Assembly (NCBI GenBank): GCA_965112735.1
Contig: OZ218951.1
Span: 1,550,001 to 1,614,000 of the forward strand
DNA: 64,000 nt
Origin: Phaeosaccion multiseriatum
Taxonomy: Eukaryota > Protista > Ochrophyta, other classes
Direction: 5' to 3'
The notes under the pieces were generated by a model. The model saw nothing but the letters and a program-made list of their open reading frames with translations, ran no database searches and had not been told where the DNA came from. Both the position numbers and the translations under genes were made by a program. This document shows positions 57,387 to 64,000 of the stretch, one piece after another. Within the stretch, counting starts at the first letter, position 1, and each line of letters starts with the position of its first letter.

Positions 57387-58822
57387 GTGGGTGCTTCTGA
57401 GTGGGTGGGTATGTGTGCATGTATGTGTGTGTGTGTTCACTCTTCCCTCCTCTTCCACCCCCTCCCTCCCCTTCTCTCTCCCCTCGTCCCTCTCTCTCTC
57501 TCCCAGGCACTTCTTCAGCGAAGGGCGGCGCGGCGTGTTTGTAGATTGCCTCTTCTACATTCTGAAACGTACGCAGGACCACGCCTTTGCGGGTCTTATT
57601 CAGGAGTGGATATGGACGTGCTGGTCCGTCAACGACAGGTAGGGAGGGGTGTAGTCGTGGAATAGTAATGATGAGGATGGTGAGGAGGATGATGACGTGA
57701 CGAGGGCGACCCATCGATCGAGCACCTGCCAGAGCATAGGGCGGAGGGAGGGGGGCTGAGAAAGGATGTGGACCAGCGCCTGCTCAGGGTGCACTTCATT
57801 CTCTACTGTTATAGGCCCTACGGCTTCAAACTAGGCTTGCGCGTATGCGTCCCTCCCTCTCCCTCTCTTTTTCCCCCTCTGGGACCCCGTCTCTTTCTCT
57901 TCCTCTCTACTTCCCTCACTCACTCACTCACTCATGCCCTCCGTCTCCCCCCCGCCCCCTCCTCCCTTCTCTCTCTCCCTGTCTTCCTCCCTCCCTCTGA
58001 CCGACGATTGCTATTCTCCTCCCCCCGCAGCCTGGAAGTAGAGATGCTAATGGAAGTCGCCAGCAAGAAGCAGAACAAATCTCTCTTTGAGGACGCAGTC
58101 AACACTCTTGACGAGGTGAGGAAAGAGAGGGGGAGAGGGAGAGAGAGAGACAGAGATATCATGCGATGCAACTCCATTTCAACTCTCATCTTTCCATCTC
58201 ACTCACTTACCCCCCCTTGGACACACACAACCACGCACGCATACCCACTCTCGCCCACACACACACACACACACGCGCGTGCGCCCATTGGTGATTCAGG
58301 TGGTGCGGTTGGACGAAGAGTACCTCGAGGCGCTGAACCGCCGCTCCACTGTGCACTTCCTGGCCGGGCAGTACGAGGCCTCCCTTAGAGACATTGACCT
58401 GGTGCTGAGCATGGAGCGACGCCACTTTGGGGCTTTGAATGGGCAGGGCCTGGCAAGGATGAAGATGGGGCACTACAAAGGTGAGGGAGGGAGAGGAACA
58501 ATGGGAGGTTTCGACTGCTGCTCGTTGGTCGGCTCATCACCTATCTCCCTCCGCGTTGTCGTTCTCTGCTCCGACCTCTCCACACCATTCCCCTTCTCAT
58601 CCCATCCACTGCCATCCCCCACACCACACAACACCCCTTCCCATTCCATCCACGGATATATATCCCATGCATTGCCACCCTCCACACCCAACCCCACATC
58701 ACTCCACAGAGGCGCTGGAGAGCTTCAAGCAGGTGCTCCGTGTGAATCCCTGGATGCGTGGAGAGACGTTGATGCGCAACATGGCGGTGTGCCAGGCATC
58801 CGCCACGGCCTCAGCCATGTAA
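48549..58822 (+). CDS. About 2,677-aa polyQ/polyG protein with a bZIP-like region, PAS-like domain and C-terminal TPRs, 9 exons
   Basis: Exons 48549-53615, 53952-54974, 55221-55772, 56054-56460, 56842-57315, 57507-57638, 58031-58115, 58300-58480, 58710-58822 total 8034 nt in one frame. Basic region KSRISARNARLRRQAFISKLE; PAS-like VAYLNRAMTERTGW...VYPM...THVLLVL; TPR-like EALNRRSTVHFLAGQYEASLRDIDLVLSMERRHFGALNGQG. Confidence 0.75.
53674..53715. repeat. 11-bp tandem repeat (CCCGAAGGGTT), about 4 copies, intronic
   Basis: Directly visible. Confidence 0.9.
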
Positions 58823-60425
58823 CTGTATTGTAACTGTAGCGCCAGCAGTTGCAGCAGTTTTATCGAGGCTTTGAGAGGCCATGGGAAGGGGTGTGTTTCC
58901 CATCGAATAGCAGGGCAGGGGAGGGGGTGAGGTGGGGTGGGTTGTCTCGATGACGAAATAGCGGCGGGGGAGGAGGCGGCAACACCTCGCAGGTGTACAG
59001 CGAGAGGGAAGGACGAGAGAGGAAAGGATGTGGTTGATTTTTATTGATTTTGCGTTGTTTTTGTTGGTGTCTTGAAGCGCCAAGGGCTTGTCAAGTGTGG
59101 TGAGTAGTTGAAAGGCCCACCACCAAGAGGAAGTTGTTTAGTGTGTGGTATGGTGTGACGAGTGAGTTGAGAGGGGTAAGAGAGTGGGCTGCTCGACTTG
59201 CTTTGTCCAGAGAGAAGCGCAGGGGAGGGACACGTGTGCGGTGGAGTTGTCTGTCTGCCTCCTGACGGGAGGGAGGGAGGGAGGGAAGGAGGTGGATTGG
59301 ACAGATTCGGAGTCTTCGCATGCAAGGAATTCGGCGTTATTCTCTGCTTATGCGTATGCGTGTGCATATGTATGTGTGTGCCCTTCCCTTTCCTCAGACG
59401 TACTTCTAGACTACATGGTACGGAGGGCCGATTCTGACCCCGATGGACAATGGATTGACAGATATAAATACCCTACATACAAATATAAATAAAAGTATAT
59501 ATAGAAAGGAGAAATATAAAATGACCACAAATGAAGTGCCTTCACAAAGCACCTCCCAACGCTCCGAATCCATTAGAGAGTCACACGGAGAGGAGAAGCT
59601 CAAGTGGACACGTGGCGGGCAGGCTCAAGCTCACTTCACAGGCAGAGTGTTGCTTGTACCCAGGTGTGATAACTTCCCCCCCCGTCCATTGCCATCCCTC
59701 CCCATCCCATCCACTGCCATACAGTGCCGTCCCTCCTCCTGGCCGGGCCGGGTTCTTGTGTTGCCTCTGCGGTGGTATAGGGGTAAGGAGAGGGTACTTA
59801 CATGCGCAATCATTAAGTAACTTTATGTATTGTCTTTCAAAAGATACACACCATGATCGCAGTCCCGGGCCAGAGCCCACAGCCGATGATCCAAATTGTG
59901 GACGCTAAGCAGATTGGGTATCTTCCAGACCCCAATCGTGCTCACATTACGACACCGTGCCTTGGAATGATGGCGGCGCCTAGCATACAGCGCTTGTCGT
60001 CATGAGGTTCCCTAATAATGAGTTAGTACAAGTTGAAGTTAAATCGTAAGGGGAAGCTTGAAGTTCCGTATATTTAATCCGGCGCGAGTTCTGTGGCCTG
60101 GCTCATAGCACCAACTGCCGCTGCTGCTATTCTACGGTGCTGCTGATGCACTGGAAGCGTCAGGCCCTGGTAGATTTCCCTTCCACTTCATCAAGTTTCA
60201 TGCCACGTGAAGGTAGGTGGGTTTTGGGGACGTGTCCCTCTCCCCCCCCCCTCCATCGTCAAAAAAGAGCAAGCGACAGACAGAGCAGGAGAGGGTAGAA
60301 GGAGCCTGCCGTCCTCCCCTTGAGAGAGTCTCCGTCCGTCCCTCCCAACTCCGCCCCCCACTCAGCCCGCCGCTGCTGCTGCTGTATAACCAACTGCCTC
60401 TGCAGCTGCTGTTGCCGCCCGCTGC

Positions 60426-63400
60426 TTAGTCCACCTGCTCCATGGTGGACTCCTCTGCTCCGTCTCCGTCCTCAAGGGGGGGCAGGTCATCATCGTCATC
60501 ATCATCGTCCTCGTCGTCGTCGATGGACAGACCGAGCTTGATGAGTCTGTGGATGCGGCCGGCGAAGGTGGTGGGCTCGTCGAGGCTGAAGCCTGAGGTG
60601 AGGAGACTGGTGTCGTAGAGCAGCCAGATGAGGTCCTTGACGGTCTGCAAGGGGTCAGGGGGTGAGGTGGGGTGGGGTGGGATAGTGGATGGGAGGCGTC
60701 AGGAGGATTTCATTTCTTCCGTCATGTTCCGACCACATAACATACACTCCCACCAGATGACATACAGAGAGAGAGGGGAGAGGCACGGAAGTACACTGCA
60801 CATCCCTCTCGCAAGTCCCTCCATCCCCTCCTTCTTTCTTACCTTGTCGCTCTGGTCGGCCTCGGCCTTGCTCCTCAAGGCGCTGATGATGGGGTTGCTG
60901 GGGTTGATCTCCATCGTCTTCTTGGAGGTCATGTAGGAACCCGTAGACGAGTCCCTCAGGGCCTGGGCCTTCATGATTCGCTCCATGTTGGCGGACCATC
61001 CAAACTCGCCCGTCACCAGCACGCAGGGGGAGTCTGCCAGCCTGTTGGACACCACCACCTTCTCCACCTTGTCGTCGAGCACCTCCTTCATGAGCTTGCA
61101 GAGCCCCTCGGAGGCAGCCTTTGCCTCCTCGAACTTCTTGGTCTCGTCCTCGTCCTCCTCCAGCTTGAGTCCCTCCTTGGACGCGGACAGCAGCTTCTTT
61201 CCCTCGTACTCCTGTTGACGATGTTCAAAGCCAGCGGTTAGTGCATCCGGGTTGGTTGGTGGTCAGTTGGGTTGATTGATTGTCGTAGCAGGGGTGGGTG
61301 GGAGAATGCAAAGGACGAAAGTTAAACGTAAACGTCCATAGTCTTCGAGCGAGAAACCTTGTGCGCGGACCACCTTCCCCCTCTTCTCTCCCTCTCTCCC
61401 TGCCCGCCCACCCACCCATGAGAAGCCAACGCAACCCAACGCAACCCAAACAGCCCCTCCGCTCCCCTCCCCTCCATCCATCCCTCACCTTGAGCTGCTG
61501 CACGGCGTACTCGTCAATGGGGTCCGTCATGAAGATGACCTCATAGCCTGTCTTCTTGAGCTTCTCCAGGAAGGGCGAGTTCTCCACGGCCACCTTGCTC
61601 TCTCCCGTCACGTAGTAAATGCCCGGCTGCTGGTCGCTCATGCGGCCAATGTAGTCATCCAGAGAGGTCATCTCCTCTCCCGACTTGGTGCTGTGGTAGC
61701 GCAGCAGCTTGGCGAGCTTGTTGCGGTTGGTGCTGTCCTCGTGGATACCGAGCTTGAGGTTCTTGGCGAAGGCCTCGTAGAACTGCACACAGAGGCACAG
61801 GGCATAAACAAGGAGATGTGTAAAAAGACGGGTGAGTCATCAAATCAAGCATGTACGCCCAAAGCTGGTGCACCTCTATACCCCTCTCTCCCTCTCCCAT
61901 TCCGCTCCACGTCCCCTCACCTTCTTGTACTTCTCTCCGTCCTCCGCGAGCTCGTTGAACAGCTCGATGCTCTTCTTCACAAGGTTCTTGCGGATGACAC
62001 GCAGGATCTTGTTCTGCTGCAGAGACTCACGGGAGATGTTCAGGGGAAGGTCCTCCGAGTCCACAACACCCTTGACGAACTGCACGAGTTGGTAGTATGG
62101 GTGTAAGGGGCAGGGCGGCGACAAATATGAGCAGGGTAAGAGTACCATATATATACAGAACAGTCGTATCAGTATTATTCATGATCTATCATAGCAGCCT
62201 CACTCTCATTGACTTACCGAGAGGTACTCGGGCATGAGCTCCTCGCAGTTGTCCATGATGAAGACCCTGCGTACGTACAGCTTGATGTTGTTGTGCTTCT
62301 TCTTGTTGCCTCCCTCGAACATGTCGAAGGGGGCGCGCTTTGGCACGTACAGCACACTGTAGTGTTGGAGGACGGCAAGGGAGAGAGCAGTGAGACACCA
62401 GGAAAAGAGTAAGTACATTTCCTTTTTGCCAACCCCATTCCCACACCCAGCCACCCACACAACCCTTCCCCTCCCCTCCCTAACTACTCCGCCCACCCCA
62501 CCCCCCTCCTCACCTGCGGAACTCGAGCTGTCCCTCCACCGAGAAGTGCTTGACAGCGGCGTGGTCCTCCCAATCGTTGCTCAGCGCCTTGTAGAAGGAG
62601 GCATACTCCTCGTGGGGGATGTCGTCAGGTTTCCGCATCCAGATGGGCTTCTGGCTGTTGAGGTGCTCCCAGTCGTGCGTCACCTCCTTGATCTTCTTGG
62701 TCTTCTTCTCCTTCTCCTCCTCATCCACGTCCTCCACCTGTTGCGTTTTCGTAAGTCATGCGTCGCCAGAGATTGAGAGCGAGAGAGGCGACAGATGGGG
62801 AGGGAAAACACAAAAAGACATAGCGGGGCGGGACCAGGGTGAGTCTCAGGAGTGCGCACAGCCCCCAAACAAGCTCAGGCGCCACTACAGTACGGAAGGC
62901 ATCTTTTCTCCGATCTCTAAACTGCCTCTGAGGCAGAAGCGAGAGAGAGAAGGGGGGGGGGGGCAGAGCAAGCATACGACGGCAAGCAAACCAGCTCCGT
63001 CTCTCTCCCTTCCCCGCCCGTATGTGGCCTGGCCATACAAAGCAATCAAATGCAGTACCTCAGCCTCCACCCTCTATCTCTCTCACCTTGGGCTTGTCGG
63101 CGTCCTCCTCCTCCTCGTCGTCGTCGTCGTCATCCGTCACCTCCTTCTCGGTGGTCTTCTCCACGTACATCTTGATAGGGAAGCCGATGAACTCAGAGTG
63201 CTTCTTCACCAGGTCCTTGAGCTGTTGGTGGTAGGCACAAGTGAGGGCAGAGGGAGGATGGAGCGAATAGTACAAGGCGTTAAAAAGAGGGTTCTATACC
63301 TACCTCATATCAGAAACTCTCCTCTGCCACTCTGTACTTGTCCCCTAACACCCCACTCCGCAACACTCCCACACTCACTCACTCCCTCCCCTCCCCTCCC

Positions 63401-64000
63401 TTCCCCGTCGTCCTCCTCCACTCACCCTTCGCTCCTCCAGGTACTCCTGCATGTCCTCCTTGAGCTGCAGCTCGATGCGAGTACCACGTCCGAGGGGCTT
63501 GACGCCCTCAGCGGCGGGGGTGACGGTGAAGGAGCCTCCAGCGGCGGATTCCCATGTGTACAGCTCGTCGTCGTTGTGGCGGGAGGTGACAGTCACCTAA
63601 GAGACGGAAGAGACGAGAGGTATGAAGGAAATGAGAAAGGGTGGAATGCAGGGGGGGTAAGGTTGAGTGGAAAGATAATGCTCTCTCTTTCCTTCTATTT
63701 CACTGGTGCTTGTGGGTCTAAATTCAGAGACTGTCTTGCTCTTCGATTCTTTTGGGACTCCACCAAATGGACGTCGACTGACGGGGACTCGGCGTACCTT
63801 ATCGGCGACGAGGTAGGCGGAGTAGAATCCCACTCCGAACTGCCCGATCATGCTGATGTCGGCGCCGGCAGAGAGGGCCTCCATGAACTGCTTGGTACCG
63901 GACTTGGCGATGGTTCCGAGGTTGTTGACGAGGTCGGTCTTAGTCATGCCGATGCCGGTGTCCTCGATGGTCAGGGTGTTGTTGGCCTTGTCGGCGATGA
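60426..64000 (-). CDS. HSP90: Cytosolic heat shock protein 90, 5' end beyond the window
   Basis: Exons >64000-63798, 63596-63426, 63221-63087, 62737-62514, 62356-62218, 62079-61921, 61782-61489, 61211-60843, 60644-60426. Signatures [48 protein letters not shown]; C-terminus MEQVD. Confidence 0.98.

Noticed and set aside
60426-60443. MEQVD instead of MEEVD as a novelty
   Set aside because: To my knowledge this variant is common in stramenopile Hsp90s.
58031-60644. Functional link between the TPR module and the adjacent HSP90
   Set aside because: Convergent adjacency alone is not evidence in eukaryotes, and no carboxylate-clamp residues were identified.

Overview
Eukaryotic, GC-rich, intron-rich nuclear DNA with GT-AG introns full of microsatellites. 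It is most consistent with a stramenopile (ochrophyte) alga; this is an inference from the Hsp90 MEQVD end, a bZIP-PAS-type gene and a hybrid histidine kinase. Most long ORFs in the six-frame track are microsatellite artefacts, so genes were rebuilt by hand from splice sites and phase. There are 13 genes: MORN-repeat protein (-), VMP1 (+), intronless ankyrin protein (-), kinesin-4 (+, one apparent frameshift), C1orf109/AIRIM-like (-), Cys-type GST (+), MYND finger (+), hybrid His kinase (+), EF-hand protein (-), secreted cystatin-like protein (-), catalytically dead calpain with three domain-III modules (+), a ~2,680-aa polyQ/bZIP-like/PAS-like/TPR protein (+), and the 3' part of cytosolic HSP90 (-). 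Non-genic structure includes a 240-bp MITE with TIRs, TSD and an internal array, a ~575-bp foldback element, two short DNA motifs dispersed through exons and introns on both strands, an intron bracketed by a 21-bp inverted repeat, and duplicated exon units. No RNA genes or CRISPR arrays were recognised. All protein family calls are by motif recognition; no database searches were run.
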